DNA of 64,000 nucleotides from Bacillota bacterium (lineage in GTDB: Bacteria > Bacillota > Sulfobacillia > JABLXB01): positions 140,203 to 204,202 of the forward strand of contig JABLXB010000001.1 of assembly GCA_013178305.1 (NCBI GenBank). The letters are read 5' to 3'. A program made the translations under genes and the position numbers. A model generated the notes under the pieces. The model was given only the letters and a program-made list of their open reading frames with translations, was not told where the DNA came from and made no database searches. Below are positions 27,778 through 37,600 of this stretch, in pieces (positions within the stretch are counted from its first letter, which is position 1; every line of letters starts with the position of its first letter).

Positions 27778-28534
27778 TGGCGACCGCCTCCTCCGGCGTC
27801 TTCAGTTCGCCCATGGTGTAAAGAGGAAGCATGTTATCCTGCAGCCACTTGACGGCGTCCAGCGGACCCATGCCCCAGTTCGTCGGGCACGGCGACAGTA
27901 CGCTCACAAACGCGAAGCCCTGCCTCTTCATCTGCACCTCGAACGCCTTCTTGATCGCCTTCTTGGCCTGGATGATGTTCTTCGGGGTGTCCACGGAAAC
28001 CGACGCGACGTACGCCGCACCCTTGAGCGTCGCCAGGACCTGAGGCATGTCGATGGGGAACCCCGCGCTCGACACGTCGCGGCCGTACGGGGACGTGGTC
28101 GTTTTCTGGCCGGGCAATGTGGTTGGAGCCATCTGTCCGCCGGTCATCCCGTAAATGGCGTTGTTGACGAAGATGACGGTGATCTTCTCGCCGCGCGCGG
28201 CCGCATGCATGACCTCAGCGATGCCGATCGCGGCCAGGTCCCCGTCACCCTGGTAGGTGAACACGACGCGGTCCGGCAACGCCCGCTTGACTCCGGTCGC
28301 CACCGCGCATGCGCGGCCGTGCGCCGCGCTCTGCATGTCGCAGTTCATGTAGCTGCTTATCAGCACCGCGCAGCCCACCGGGGCCACGCCGATGGTGTCG
28401 CCCAGCACACCAAGTTCCTCGAGGCTTTCCGCAACGAGGCGGTGGATCACGCCGTGCCCGCAGCCCGGGCAGTAGTGGAACGGGACGCCGGTAAGCCCCT
28501 TTGTCCGAGAGAATACCTGCTTCTCAGACATCAC
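27770..28534 (-). CDS. korB: 2-oxoacid:ferredoxin oxidoreductase beta subunit (TPP-binding)
   Basis: Contains HYCPGCGHG and GDGDLAAIG motifs. Confidence 0.85.
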   Translation of the reverse strand: MMSEKQVFSRTKGLTGVPFHYCPGCGHGVIHRLVAESLEELGVLGDTIGVAPVGCAVLISSYMNCDMQSAAHGRACAVATGVKRALPDRVVFTYQGDGDLAAIGIAEVMHAAARGEKITVIFVNNAIYGMTGGQMAPTTLPGQKTTTSPYGRDVSSAGFPIDMPQVLATLKGAAYVASVSVDTPKNIIQAKKAIKKAFEVQMKRQGFAFVSVLSPCPTNWGMGPLDAVKWLQDNMLPLYTMGELKTPEEAVASA

Positions 28535-29628
28535 GCCGTCACCCCCTGCGCCTTCTTCGCCGGTATCTCGTCGAGCAGCGCAACTACCCTCTCAGCCACG
28601 TCCTCGGGGGACGGGGTGAACCCGCCTACCCGCCCGAAGAAGCGTACCGGTAGTCGCCCGTTGACCGCGAGCCTGACGTCCTCGACCATTTGCCCCATGC
28701 TGAGTTCCACCGCGAGGACCCCCCTCACGCTCGTGGGCAGTGATTGGAATGCCTTGCCGGGGAACGGCCACAACGTGATGGGCCTCAGCAGCCCCACCTT
28801 GAGCCCTGCGGCTCTCAGCTGCATTACCGCTTCGCGGCATATCCTGGCCGACGTGCCGAACGCCACCACCAGGGCCTCCGCGTCTTCAATCTGGAAGGTA
28901 TCCCAGCGCTGCTCTTCGGCCGTTATCTTCTCGTACTTCGCCTGCTCTCGCAGGCATATCGGCTCGAGCAGCTCTGGAGTAAGGCCCCAGCACTGCACGA
29001 TGTTCCGCTTCGCACCCGGACCACGCCTGCCGGTCCCGGTTGTCGCCCAGGGCTTTTCTGTCCTCACAGGTGAGGGCTCCTTGAAAACCACTCGCTCCAT
29101 CGTCTGGCCGATGATCCCGTCGCCCAGCAGTATTACGGGGAGCCGCCACCTGTCGGCGAGGTCAAACGCCTCCATCATGAGGTCGGCCGCCTCCTGAACC
29201 GATGCGGGGCCGAGCACTATGGGATGGTAATCCCCGTGGCCGCCGCCCTTCGTCGCCTGGAAGTAATCACCCTGGCTGGGGCCGAGTCCCCCGAGACCCG
29301 GGCCGGCGCGCTGGATGTTGACGACGACGCAGGGGAGTTCAGCCCCCGTGATATACGACAGCCCTTCCTGCTTGAGGCTTATCCCGGGGCCCGACGACGC
29401 GGTCATCACGCGGGCTCCGGACCCTGCCGCGCCGTAGACCATGTTGATGGCCGCGACTTCGCTCTCAGCCTGCAGGAACGTCCCCCCGACCTCAGGCATG
29501 CGCCGCGCGAGGTACTCGGCCAGCTCGCTCGACGGCGTAATGGGATACCCGAAGAACAGCCTGCACCCGGCCCTGATGGCAGCCTCGGCTATGGCCTCGT
29601 TGCCCTTCATGAAATACTGGTTTTCCAC
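28531..29628 (-). CDS. korA: 2-oxoacid:ferredoxin oxidoreductase alpha subunit
   Basis: 365 aa beginning MENQYFMKGNEAIAEAAIRAGCRLFFGYPITPSSE. Confidence 0.85.
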   Translation of the reverse strand: MENQYFMKGNEAIAEAAIRAGCRLFFGYPITPSSELAEYLARRMPEVGGTFLQAESEVAAINMVYGAAGSGARVMTASSGPGISLKQEGLSYITGAELPCVVVNIQRAGPGLGGLGPSQGDYFQATKGGGHGDYHPIVLGPASVQEAADLMMEAFDLADRWRLPVILLGDGIIGQTMERVVFKEPSPVRTEKPWATTGTGRRGPGAKRNIVQCWGLTPELLEPICLREQAKYEKITAEEQRWDTFQIEDAEALVVAFGTSARICREAVMQLRAAGLKVGLLRPITLWPFPGKAFQSLPTSVRGVLAVELSMGQMVEDVRLAVNGRLPVRFFGRVGGFTPSPEDVAERVVALLDEIPAKKAQGVTA

Positions 29629-29655
29629 AGCCTATCCTCCTTAACGCCGGCGGCG

Positions 29656-29883
29656 CTAGCGCCAGACCGATATCGCGACGTCGGGGCATACGAGCGCGCA
29701 CATGGCGCAACCCGTGCACTTATCCGGTTCCGCTACGGCCGCAGGGTAGTATCCCTTGCCGTTCGCGGCACGCGACTTGCCCAGGCACTTCCTGGGGCAA
29801 GCGACAACGCACAACTCGCATCCCTTACACGTCTCTACTGCAATCTCAACCCTGGCCAAGAAAGCTCCTCCTTCCTGCTCCAC
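29656..29883 (-). CDS. korD: 4Fe-4S ferredoxin (delta subunit of the oxidoreductase)
   Basis: 75 aa with two CxxCxxCxxxCP clusters ([12 protein letters not shown] and [12 protein letters not shown]). Confidence 0.8.
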   Translation of the reverse strand: MEQEGGAFLARVEIAVETCKGCELCVVACPRKCLGKSRAANGKGYYPAAVAEPDKCTGCAMCALVCPDVAISVWR

Positions 29884-29894
29884 CCCCCGCGGGG

Positions 29895-30860
29895 CTACTG
29901 TTTACTTCCGGACGAGAGGATGACGGCCAGCGCGAGCGACGCGGCCTTGTTCTCGGGCGTGTCCGCCCTCGAGTTCATCACGACCGGCTTCCGCGCCCCC
30001 ACGACGATGCCCGCCATGATCGCGCGGCCGAAATAAAGCATGCTCTTGCCGAGTATGTTCCCTGATTCAAGGTCCGGCGCGACCAGCACGTCCGCGCGCC
30101 CCGCCACCTCACCGGTGACGCCTTTCTGCGCGGCGGCCTCCGCGCTCACCGCAACGTCGAGGGCCAGCGGCCCATCCACGAAGGCCCCCTTGATCTGCCC
30201 CCTGTCCGCCATTTTGGCGATAGCCGCCGCATCCGTGGTCGCCTGCATCTCGGGGTTGACGACCTCGACCGCCGCGAGAATGGCAGCCCTGGGCTTCTGA
30301 TAGCCCAGACCCCTCGCCATGTCAATGGCGTTCTGCACGATCTCCACCTTCGTCTTGAGGTCGGGCGAAACGTTGATGCCCGCGTCGGTCACGAACACCA
30401 TCCGGTCGAACTCCGGCACGTCCATGGCTGCCACGTGGCTCAAGATCCGCCCCGTCCGAAGGCCTGTCTCGGGGTGAAGCACGGCTTTCATGAAGTCGGC
30501 GGTCTTGACCTGGCCCTTCATGAGGATGTGCGCCTTCCCGCTCGACACCAGCGAGGTCGCCATCTGGGCCGCCGCCGCGGGCGTCGGGGCATCCACGACC
30601 TCCATGCCGCGCAGGCTCAACCCGCCCTCGACAGCGAGATTTTCGATCTTCGCGACCTGCCCGAACAGTGTGGCTTCAACGCCGAACTCCTCGCGGCACA
30701 CCCTCACGGCGAGGATGGTGTCGTCATCCTCGGCACCGGCGACAGCGAGCCGCAGCGGCTCTCTGCTGAGGATCTCCCGGGCCTGCCTGGCGTACGACTC
30801 GAATCTCCTGAGGTTCAAACCCACGGACGTCCCCTCCCCATCAGCCTGACATACACTCAT
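29895..30860 (-). CDS. ptb: phosphate butyryl/acetyl-transferase (PTA_PTB family)
   Basis: About 310 aa with a typical Ptb C-terminus ([12 protein letters not shown]). A later in-frame GTG at about 30821 carries a GGGGAGGGG RBS and may be the true start. Confidence 0.75.
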   Translation of the reverse strand: MSVCQADGEGTSVGLNLRRFESYARQAREILSREPLRLAVAGAEDDDTILAVRVCREEFGVEATLFGQVAKIENLAVEGGLSLRGMEVVDAPTPAAAAQMATSLVSSGKAHILMKGQVKTADFMKAVLHPETGLRTGRILSHVAAMDVPEFDRMVFVTDAGINVSPDLKTKVEIVQNAIDMARGLGYQKPRAAILAAVEVVNPEMQATTDAAAIAKMADRGQIKGAFVDGPLALDVAVSAEAAAQKGVTGEVAGRADVLVAPDLESGNILGKSMLYFGRAIMAGIVVGARKPVVMNSRADTPENKAASLALAVILSSGSKQ

Positions 30861-31058
30861 GGCCGCGTCCAGAAGCTCCGGCTATCGCGTTCAGTGGGGC
30901 TGCACAAGACCGCCGGTTGGGTGGCGCTCTCAAACGCAGCCGCGCGTGGCGCAGTCTAGATCCAACACAGAATTCAGCAACCATTGGGGAAGATCCTTCA
31001 GGCAAAGGGGTGACTTGCCGTCAAATGTGGTTGGCCGACCCGCGAGTTCGGTCTGCTG

Positions 31059-31967
31059 TTACTCCCCGTGCGGGACCTGCCCACCGGCGATGGCTTTCAG
31101 CAGAGCGTCCTTTGCCTCACCCACAGTGAGGGGTACGCCGATATCCACCCCGGCGGCCTGCAGCCGGCTGAACAGGTCCACCAGCACCGGCAGTTGAAGG
31201 TTGGCCTCGGTCAGGACGTCCGGCCTCGAGAATATCTCGCGGGGCGTGCCGCGGGCCGCTATCCTGCCGCCGGCGATAACGTAGATGGTGTCCGCGAGCA
31301 GTGGGACACTGTCCACGTCGTGAGTAGTCATGATCACTGTAGTCCCCAGCCTGGAGTTGAACGAGTGCAACAGCGCCAGGATATCCCGGCGTGAGCGGGA
31401 GTCGAGCCCATCGAAGGGCTCGTCCAGTACGAGAATGTCCGGCTTCAGCACCATGGCCCCCGCGAGAGCGACCTTTTTCTTCTCACCGCCGCTGAGGTAG
31501 TGGGGGACCTTCTTGCTCAGGTGTCCGATGCCCACCGCATCGGTGATGGAGTCCACCATACCTCTTACCTCGGACACAGGAACTCCCTGGTTGCGCGGGC
31601 CGAACGCGACGTCGTCCCAGACCGTCGGCCCGATTATCTGCTCGTCGACGTCCTGGAGCACCACCCCGATGCGGCTCCGGATCCTGGCGAAATCCCGCGC
31701 GGGGTTGACGCCCAGCACCGTCACCTCACCCTCGACCGGCTTCAGCAGGCCGGTGATATGCATGAGGAGCGTGGTCTTACCCGACCCGTTGGGACCGAGC
31801 ACAACCACGCGTTCACTCTTGCGCACGACGAAGTCCAGCCCGCACAGCCGGACCTCGGTCCGGTCGGGGTAGACGTGAGTCAGGCACCGTATCGACACTA
31901 TTTCGTCCATCGCACATCCCGTTCCCGCCTGAATGGCTCCATACCTACCAGGCCCCCGCCCACTCAC
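31059..31967 (-). CDS. cbiO: ECF/cobalt ABC transporter ATP-binding protein
   Basis: Walker A GPNGSGKTT, signature LSGGEKKKVALA and Walker B ILVLDEP. The GTG start overlaps the cbiQ stop (GTGA); an alternative ATG at 31910 is possible. Confidence 0.8.
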   Translation of the reverse strand: MSGRGPGRYGAIQAGTGCAMDEIVSIRCLTHVYPDRTEVRLCGLDFVVRKSERVVVLGPNGSGKTTLLMHITGLLKPVEGEVTVLGVNPARDFARIRSRIGVVLQDVDEQIIGPTVWDDVAFGPRNQGVPVSEVRGMVDSITDAVGIGHLSKKVPHYLSGGEKKKVALAGAMVLKPDILVLDEPFDGLDSRSRRDILALLHSFNSRLGTTVIMTTHDVDSVPLLADTIYVIAGGRIAARGTPREIFSRPDVLTEANLQLPVLVDLFSRLQAAGVDIGVPLTVGEAKDALLKAIAGGQVPHGE

Positions 31968-32641
31968 AGCGTCCTTGCCAGGCAGAGCAGCGCGAGTCCC
32001 ACAATCACGGGCAACGCGTCGTACCGCGTGAGGCCGGCGACGTCACCGCGCCGCCTGTCACTCGAACTCCTGATGCCCGTGGCGTAGCCGCGCAGCACGA
32101 GTACCCTGTACGTCCTCTCGCTCAGGTCTATCGAGCGGATGAGCGCCGTGCCCAGCGCCGCCCCTATCGCCGACGGGCTGCGGGCCCCCTTCAACCTGAG
32201 CACCCTGCCCACGGCAGCCAGGCGGCCTGCCAGCAGGAAGAACGACCTGTACGTCATGTAGACTGAATCCGCCAGGATCCCCGGCAGGACGCGCTCAAGC
32301 ACGGAGTGCAGGCTCACGAACGTGGTCGTCCCCAGGAGGACGATCAACGCCGCGGCTGCGGAAACAGACCGGAGGACTCCCAGCACGGGGTCGCCGGTGG
32401 AGAACACCCATCCGAAGAAAGCCGGGTAGAGCAGCAGGTGGCCCATCCGCCCCGCCGGTATCCCCGCGGCCGCAGCGAGGCCCGCTACCGCGGCGAATAC
32501 AGCGGTAGCAGATCTCACGCCGGTCGAGAGGATAGCCGCCGCGACGCAAAGCGCCGCCATGGCGATCTTCGAGGTCGTCGACGCCCTGTGGATCACCGAA
32601 TTGCCGCTCGATGACAGGTAGTCCAGGTACGCTATGTCCAT
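31964..32641 (-). CDS. cbiQ: ECF transporter transmembrane (T) component
   Basis: 225-aa hydrophobic protein between cbiM and cbiO. Confidence 0.65.
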   Translation of the reverse strand: MDIAYLDYLSSSGNSVIHRASTTSKIAMAALCVAAAILSTGVRSATAVFAAVAGLAAAAGIPAGRMGHLLLYPAFFGWVFSTGDPVLGVLRSVSAAAALIVLLGTTTFVSLHSVLERVLPGILADSVYMTYRSFFLLAGRLAAVGRVLRLKGARSPSAIGAALGTALIRSIDLSERTYRVLVLRGYATGIRSSSDRRRGDVAGLTRYDALPVIVGLALLCLARTL

Positions 32642-32683
32642 CAGGTCATCTCACCGCCGGTTCCCTCCGGCAGTCTCCGGGAC

Positions 32684-33415
32684 TCAGCCCGCTCCGCGGT
32701 CGATCAGGTCGGGCCTCACCTTAACGAGGAACGCCAGGGTCACGGCCACGACGACCGACTCGAGAGCCGCGCCCGCCAGCCCGACTGGCAGGATGAGCGT
32801 CGCCCCCTCGCGCACCCTGTTCAGAAATCCCTCTTCCCCGTGCTCTTCGCCTTCGTGACCCGCGGCAGCGGTCTCGTGGGCGGCGTCGTGGACCTCTTCC
32901 CCTTCTTCGTGCCGGTGAGCGAGCTCGTGCGGGTCGAGTCCCGCCGCCGAGACGACACCCAACACAAGGCTTACCGATATCGCGACCGCCACCACGGTGG
33001 CGACCACAGCGGAGGGCGTCACGCCCAATCTCCGTCGGAGCAGGGAGAACACCGCCCAGCCAACGGCCGCTTCCGCGCCGAGGACGAGCGAGTTGATTCC
33101 GATGACCGTGACCCCGCCGTGGCCAATCAGGGCGAGCAGCAGGTTGACCACGAATGCGCACACCAGGGCGAGCGCGGGGCCCAGGATCACGCCCGCCAGC
33201 ACCCCGAGGTTGAGGTGTACTGGGAGCGGCCCGAGCGGCATGGACATCGCCACGAGCATGAACGCCCCCATGATCCCGATGATCGCGACCTTCTTGCGTA
33301 CGTCTTGCTTCCTCAACGACCACAGCGAAACCGACAGCGCCGCGGCCAGCAGCAGGAAGCCGCCGAACGCCATCCACATGGGAATGGAACCGTCGGGGAA
33401 ATGAAGGTGGCTCAC
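32684..33415 (-). CDS. cbiM: cobalt/nickel ECF substrate-capture component CbiM with a C-terminal His/Glu-rich segment and an extra CbiN-like TM segment
   Basis: From GTG 33415 the product starts MSHLHFPDGSIPMWMAF, a CbiM-type N-terminus. The His/Glu-rich segment is HELAHRHEEGEEVHDAAHETAAAGHEGEEHGEEG, followed by a terminal hydrophobic helix. Confidence 0.65.
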   Translation of the reverse strand: MSHLHFPDGSIPMWMAFGGFLLLAAALSVSLWSLRKQDVRKKVAIIGIMGAFMLVAMSMPLGPLPVHLNLGVLAGVILGPALALVCAFVVNLLLALIGHGGVTVIGINSLVLGAEAAVGWAVFSLLRRRLGVTPSAVVATVVAVAISVSLVLGVVSAAGLDPHELAHRHEEGEEVHDAAHETAAAGHEGEEHGEEGFLNRVREGATLILPVGLAGAALESVVVAVTLAFLVKVRPDLIDRGAG

Positions 33416-33852
33416 TTCCCGTCCTCCTCCACGAGTTCCTCGTTTCCGCAGCCTGCACAATACCCGAATGCCTCAAAACGGTGGCTCACCAGTCTGAACC
33501 GCACGGATGCCAGGGCCTGCTCGTCGAGGTGCACCGGGCATCCCGCGATCTCCTCCACCCGGCCGCAGCCGAGGCAGATCAGGTGATGGTGGTGCGACGC
33601 GTTGGCCTCGAACCTCGTCGGCTCCCCGCAGACCTCCACCTTGCCGATGAGCCCTTCCCCGGCCATCAGGCCGAGGTTCCGGTAAACGGTGGCCAGGTTT
33701 GTACCCTCGCACCTCTTGCGGACGCGCTGGTACACCTGCTCCGCGGTAAGGTGCTTCGAGGTCCCCACCAGCACCTCGAGGATCGCCCTCCGCTGCCGCG
33801 TCAGCTTGTAGCCCATGTCCGCGAGTTCGCGGGTCCTTTCAGTCCCACCCAT
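33412..33852 (-). CDS. Fur-family metalloregulator (Fur/Zur/Nur-like)
   Basis: YKLTRQRRAILEVL ... HHHHLICLGCG ... CAGCG aligns with the Fur family. Its stop overlaps the cbiM GTG (GTGA). Confidence 0.75.
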   Translation of the reverse strand: MGGTERTRELADMGYKLTRQRRAILEVLVGTSKHLTAEQVYQRVRKRCEGTNLATVYRNLGLMAGEGLIGKVEVCGEPTRFEANASHHHHLICLGCGRVEEIAGCPVHLDEQALASVRFRLVSHRFEAFGYCAGCGNEELVEEDGK

Positions 33853-33874
33853 GATATCACCGCCGCGGGCTTAT

Positions 33875-33900
33875 TTGCAGATACGAATCGTTTGCATTTA
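33875..33900. promoter_or_regulatory. AT-rich TTGCA-repeat element with a central ACGAATCGT palindrome next to a TATAAT-like -10, upstream of the fur-family gene
   Basis: Plus-strand TTTGCAGATACGAATCGTTTGCATTT. The minus strand reads CTATAATATAAATGCAAACGATTCGTATCTGCAAA about 25-50 nt upstream of the fur start. Confidence 0.3.
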
Positions 33901-34013
33901 TATTATAGAACCCCTGGTGGGAAAATGCTAACGATCTTGCCGGCCGTCAGCCTGGCGCGAGCGCGGTCCCGGGGCGCACGAATCGATCGCCCTCCGTGTC
34001 ACTGTCCCCTGTA

Positions 34014-34961
34014 TCAGTACCCCAGGTCTCGCTGTATGGCCCGCATCGCCTCCGCGGACCGGCGGAGGCCCTCCACCTCCCCCGCGGAAAGGGGTAGTTC
34101 GAGCGCGGTGGCGACGCCCGTCCTGTTCACGATGGACGGCAGGCTCAGGCATACTCCGGAGATCCCGTGCTGGCCGGTCAGCATCGTGGACACGGTCAGG
34201 ACCGAGTGCTCGTCCCTGAGCACGCTTTCGATGATCCTCCTCAGGGCGAAGGCGATCGCCCAGTACGTGGCGCCTTTCATATCAATAATGTGGTAAGCCG
34301 ATTCCCTGACGTTTCTGGCGATGTTCTCGCGGTCGACGTTGTCGCAACCCCTCGGGCAGGCGGGGCAGAACTCATCCAGGCGGGCGCCGGCTATGTTCGT
34401 GAGGCTCCACGCGGGGACCTCGGTGTCACCGTGCTCGCCGATTACGTAGGCGTGCACGTTGCGCGGGTCGACCCCGCAGTGGCCGCTCAGGAGGTAGCGG
34501 AACCGGGAAGAGTCCAGTACGGTGCCCGAACCCATTACGCGTGAGGGATCGCGCGTGGTGGTCAGGGCGGCAACGTGGGTCAACACGTCCACCGGGTTCG
34601 TCACCACGATCACCACCGCCTCGGGGGGCGCATGCCTGTCGATCTCCGACATGACCTCGCGCAGCACCGCGGCATTATCGCGCGACAGGTCCACGCGGGT
34701 CTCCCCTGGTTTCTGGTTCCGGCCGGCGGTGACGACTATGACGTCAGAACCCGAACAGCCCGAAATATCAGCCGAGTACACCCTTACCGGGCGGACGAAT
34801 GACGCCCCATGCGCGAGGTCGAGAGCCTGACCCTCCGCCCTGTCGGCGTTCTTGTCTATAAGGCAGATTTCCGACAGCAGCCCGCTCTCCATAAGCGCGA
34901 ATGCAGTGGCTGAACCTACCAGCCCAACGCCCACGATCGACACCTTCGCAGCCCCGTTCAT
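34014..34961 (-). CDS. ldh: L-lactate dehydrogenase
   Basis: 315 aa starting KVSIVGVGLVGSATAFAL, with a GEHGDTEVPAWS catalytic loop. Confidence 0.85.
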   Translation of the reverse strand: MNGAAKVSIVGVGLVGSATAFALMESGLLSEICLIDKNADRAEGQALDLAHGASFVRPVRVYSADISGCSGSDVIVVTAGRNQKPGETRVDLSRDNAAVLREVMSEIDRHAPPEAVVIVVTNPVDVLTHVAALTTTRDPSRVMGSGTVLDSSRFRYLLSGHCGVDPRNVHAYVIGEHGDTEVPAWSLTNIAGARLDEFCPACPRGCDNVDRENIARNVRESAYHIIDMKGATYWAIAFALRRIIESVLRDEHSVLTVSTMLTGQHGISGVCLSLPSIVNRTGVATALELPLSAGEVEGLRRSAEAMRAIQRDLGY

Positions 34962-35125
34962 TCAGACCCCCCAATCCATCGCACTCTCAACCAGATCATT
35001 CCCATTCTGAGCAGCGCCGATGCCGCGGCCGGATGCTGCCTTATGGTAACACTTGACGCCGACGCGCCATAGAATGTTGATGACGCACACGCTGCGCGCT
35101 GCTCGAATAGGAGGTGGGGGAGGCA

Positions 35126-35422
35126 GTGAGCATTAAGGAGCTATCCCTTGAACCCAGGGACGTTTCCCTTATCAAGGCACTCAGGCCGTTCAGCGGCCCG
35201 TTCGGACAGAAGCTGATCGATACGATCCTCGACATGAGCGCAATGCAGAGCGAGGGGAAAGACGTTCAGGTCCTGAGCCCCGTCTGGTTCTCCATCAAGC
35301 TCCAGGAAGTCGCCCAAAACGCGTTTTCCCTGTTCCTCATACTCATTTTGTTGCTCCTATCCACAGGCGGCTGGCCGGCTGACCCGCCGGCCGACGGGAC
35401 ACCCAAATCCAGGTTCTTCTGA
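35126..35422 (+). CDS. hypothetical small protein with a C-terminal hydrophobic segment
   Basis: ORF with GTG 35126 after a GGAGGTGGGGGAGG RBS. No recognisable family. Confidence 0.3.
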   Translation: MSIKELSLEPRDVSLIKALRPFSGPFGQKLIDTILDMSAMQSEGKDVQVLSPVWFSIKLQEVAQNAFSLFLILILLLLSTGGWPADPPADGTPKSRFF

Positions 35423-35454
35423 CGGCTATCGCGGGGAAAGGGGCTGGGCAATAG

Positions 35455-36666
35455 ATGGGCTTCACCGAAGGTAGTCTTCCCGAGGGGAAGATCTCCGCGG
35501 AGATCATGTCGGTACTTCCGCGGGTATGTGAGCGCCTGCCCGTTATAATCGAGCTTTCGTCCGATGCGGTCGCCCTTGACGCCATACCCGCCAAGCTGGA
35601 GGGTTTCGAGTTCAAGTGCGACCTCGCGATAATCAATGCGATCGCCGGTACCATATCGCCAGACCAGATACAATCGCTGGCGGCGAAGCCTTCAGTGTAC
35701 AAGGTGTATCCCGACAAGATGGTCCAGGCATGCCTCAACGTGGCCACGCCCGCGCTACGGGCCCACCTGATCCAGCAGCGCGGGACCACCGGCAAGAGCG
35801 TCACCGCGGCCGTCGTCGATACGGGGGTTCACCCCCATCCCGACCTCACGCGCCCCGAGAACAGGCTGGTGGCGTTCGCCGATTTCGTCGGCAAGAAAGG
35901 GTCCCCCTACGATGACAACGGTCACGGGACTCACGTCGCCGGCGAGATCGCGGGCAACGGCTACTCGTCGAACGGCAGATACAAGGGGATCGCTCCCGAG
36001 GCCAGGATAGCCGGAGTCAAGGTGCTCGACCAGAACGGAAAGGGACAGACGTCCACTGTGATCCAGGGTCTGGATTGGTGCCTCAAGAACAGGAGCAGGC
36101 ACAACATCAGGGTCGTGAACCTCTCCATGGGGTCGCCCGCCGGCTCACCTCCCCACGAGGACCCCCTGTGCAAGGCGGTCGAGAGGCTGTGGGACGCGGG
36201 GATAGTGGTACTCGTCGCGGCCGGCAACGACGGGCCGGCGGACAAGACCATCCTGAGCCCCGGAAACGACCCCAAGGTGATAACGATCGGGGCTATGGAC
36301 GACAAGAGGACGGTCGAGCGGAAGGACGACGCGATCGCCGATTTCTCCGCCAGGGGTCCAACGGCGGAGGGGCTGGCCAAACCCGACATTCTCGCCCCCG
36401 GTGTGGGGATCACCTCGCTCAAGGTGCCAAAGGGATCGCCGGGATTCAGGCTCCGCGGTTCCAGCAGGACTTACCAGGCGCTATCGGGGACCTCGATGGC
36501 CACATCCCTGGCGGCGGGCGTCGCAGTGTTGATGCTGGACCACGAACCCGGCCTCACACCGGACGAAGTGAAACAGCGGATGATGTCGTCTGCCGAAAAC
36601 CGTGGTTACGATGCGAACGTCCAGGGGCGCGGTTACATCGACGCCAACAAGGCGGTAAGACCCTAG
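35455..36666 (+). CDS. subtilisin-like serine peptidase (S8), no obvious signal peptide
   Basis: Catalytic triad motifs VVDTGV (Asp), HGTHVAGEIAG (His) and GTSMATSLAAG (Ser). Confidence 0.8.
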   Translation: MGFTEGSLPEGKISAEIMSVLPRVCERLPVIIELSSDAVALDAIPAKLEGFEFKCDLAIINAIAGTISPDQIQSLAAKPSVYKVYPDKMVQACLNVATPALRAHLIQQRGTTGKSVTAAVVDTGVHPHPDLTRPENRLVAFADFVGKKGSPYDDNGHGTHVAGEIAGNGYSSNGRYKGIAPEARIAGVKVLDQNGKGQTSTVIQGLDWCLKNRSRHNIRVVNLSMGSPAGSPPHEDPLCKAVERLWDAGIVVLVAAGNDGPADKTILSPGNDPKVITIGAMDDKRTVERKDDAIADFSARGPTAEGLAKPDILAPGVGITSLKVPKGSPGFRLRGSSRTYQALSGTSMATSLAAGVAVLMLDHEPGLTPDEVKQRMMSSAENRGYDANVQGRGYIDANKAVRP

Positions 36667-36709
36667 GTTAGGGCCGGACGATGACCGCGCAAGAATAGCA
36701 AGGAGGGGA

Positions 36710-37117
36710 TTGCGTGTGTCTTCACCGTTGTTCAGGATATCCATGCCGACCGGACTGACTCAGAAGAGCGCAGCGCCAGACCCTTGGGCGGGGTACCAGT
36801 TCTGGGTTTGGCCCTACGGCTGGAGGAAGACCCAGGCCAACGTGACCGTTGCCACCCCTCGGCACAGGATCGACCCACCGGCGCCCGCGACTTCCGCCCC
36901 GGCGCCTCATGCTCCTCCTGCGCCCACACCACCCCCTTCAGCCCCGGCGACCCCAACCTCGCCGGAGCGACCGGTCGAGAACGGGGCAGGGCATTTGTTT
37001 GAGCCGCCAATTCCTCCCCCGATGGGGGCGGGCGAAACCCCCGCGCAGGAAGTGCGCGCCAATCACGGTTCTCTCGTGTGGAAGATCCCGTCCAGGGGCA
37101 AGGGGGGTCACGATTGA
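36710..37117 (+). CDS. hypothetical proline-rich protein (uncertain)
   Basis: ORF in the track; it overlaps the next ORF in another frame. Low-complexity PAP repeats. Confidence 0.2.
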   Translation: MRVSSPLFRISMPTGLTQKSAAPDPWAGYQFWVWPYGWRKTQANVTVATPRHRIDPPAPATSAPAPHAPPAPTPPPSAPATPTSPERPVENGAGHLFEPPIPPPMGAGETPAQEVRANHGSLVWKIPSRGKGGHD

Positions 37118-37554
37118 AAACGCGACCGGGAGTTCAACAACAGGGTTCTCCCGCCGGGGCGTGGCCGGACCCGTACATGACCAGGGCAAACAAGATGCTG
37201 GTATACAGCAACCCTCACAACCAGCGGGTGGCCCCGGCGTGGCACAACAACAACGTGGTGCATTTCCTCGACCTGGGGGAAGTGGCCGTCGATCCAGGTG
37301 GAGCTGCCCTCAATCCGCTGTACTTCGTGATTACCGGTTTCGACCACGCGGGGACGCCCGTCCTGGTGCAAGGCCAGTACTGCATAGTCAGCCGCCTCCC
37401 CGGGGAGCCGGGCTACTCGCAGTTCTGCCGGGTGTGCTTCCTCGAGGCGCCCGCCATCTACATGCCCAACACCGTCAGGTCCGAGGAAGACGCAAAGGCG
37501 AGCGGCTACCCGATCCTCGAGACGGACATGGTCCTGTGCGCGCCGGTACTCTAG
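37078..37554 (+). CDS. hypothetical protein (uncertain start, possibly MTRANKMLVY at 37177)
   Basis: ORF in the track with no family assignment. Confidence 0.3.
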   Translation: MEDPVQGQGGSRLKTRPGVQQQGSPAGAWPDPYMTRANKMLVYSNPHNQRVAPAWHNNNVVHFLDLGEVAVDPGGAALNPLYFVITGFDHAGTPVLVQGQYCIVSRLPGEPGYSQFCRVCFLEAPAIYMPNTVRSEEDAKASGYPILETDMVLCAPVL

Positions 37555-37600
37555 TTCCCCGTAGCTCCGGCCCATCAGGCGGGCCGGCGGAGGTGGTCCG

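Noticed and set aside
33853-34013. Possible cobalamin riboswitch upstream of the cbi operon
   Set aside because: No B12-box or conserved riboswitch helices are present. The region is only 160 nt and contains a Fur-family gene start instead.
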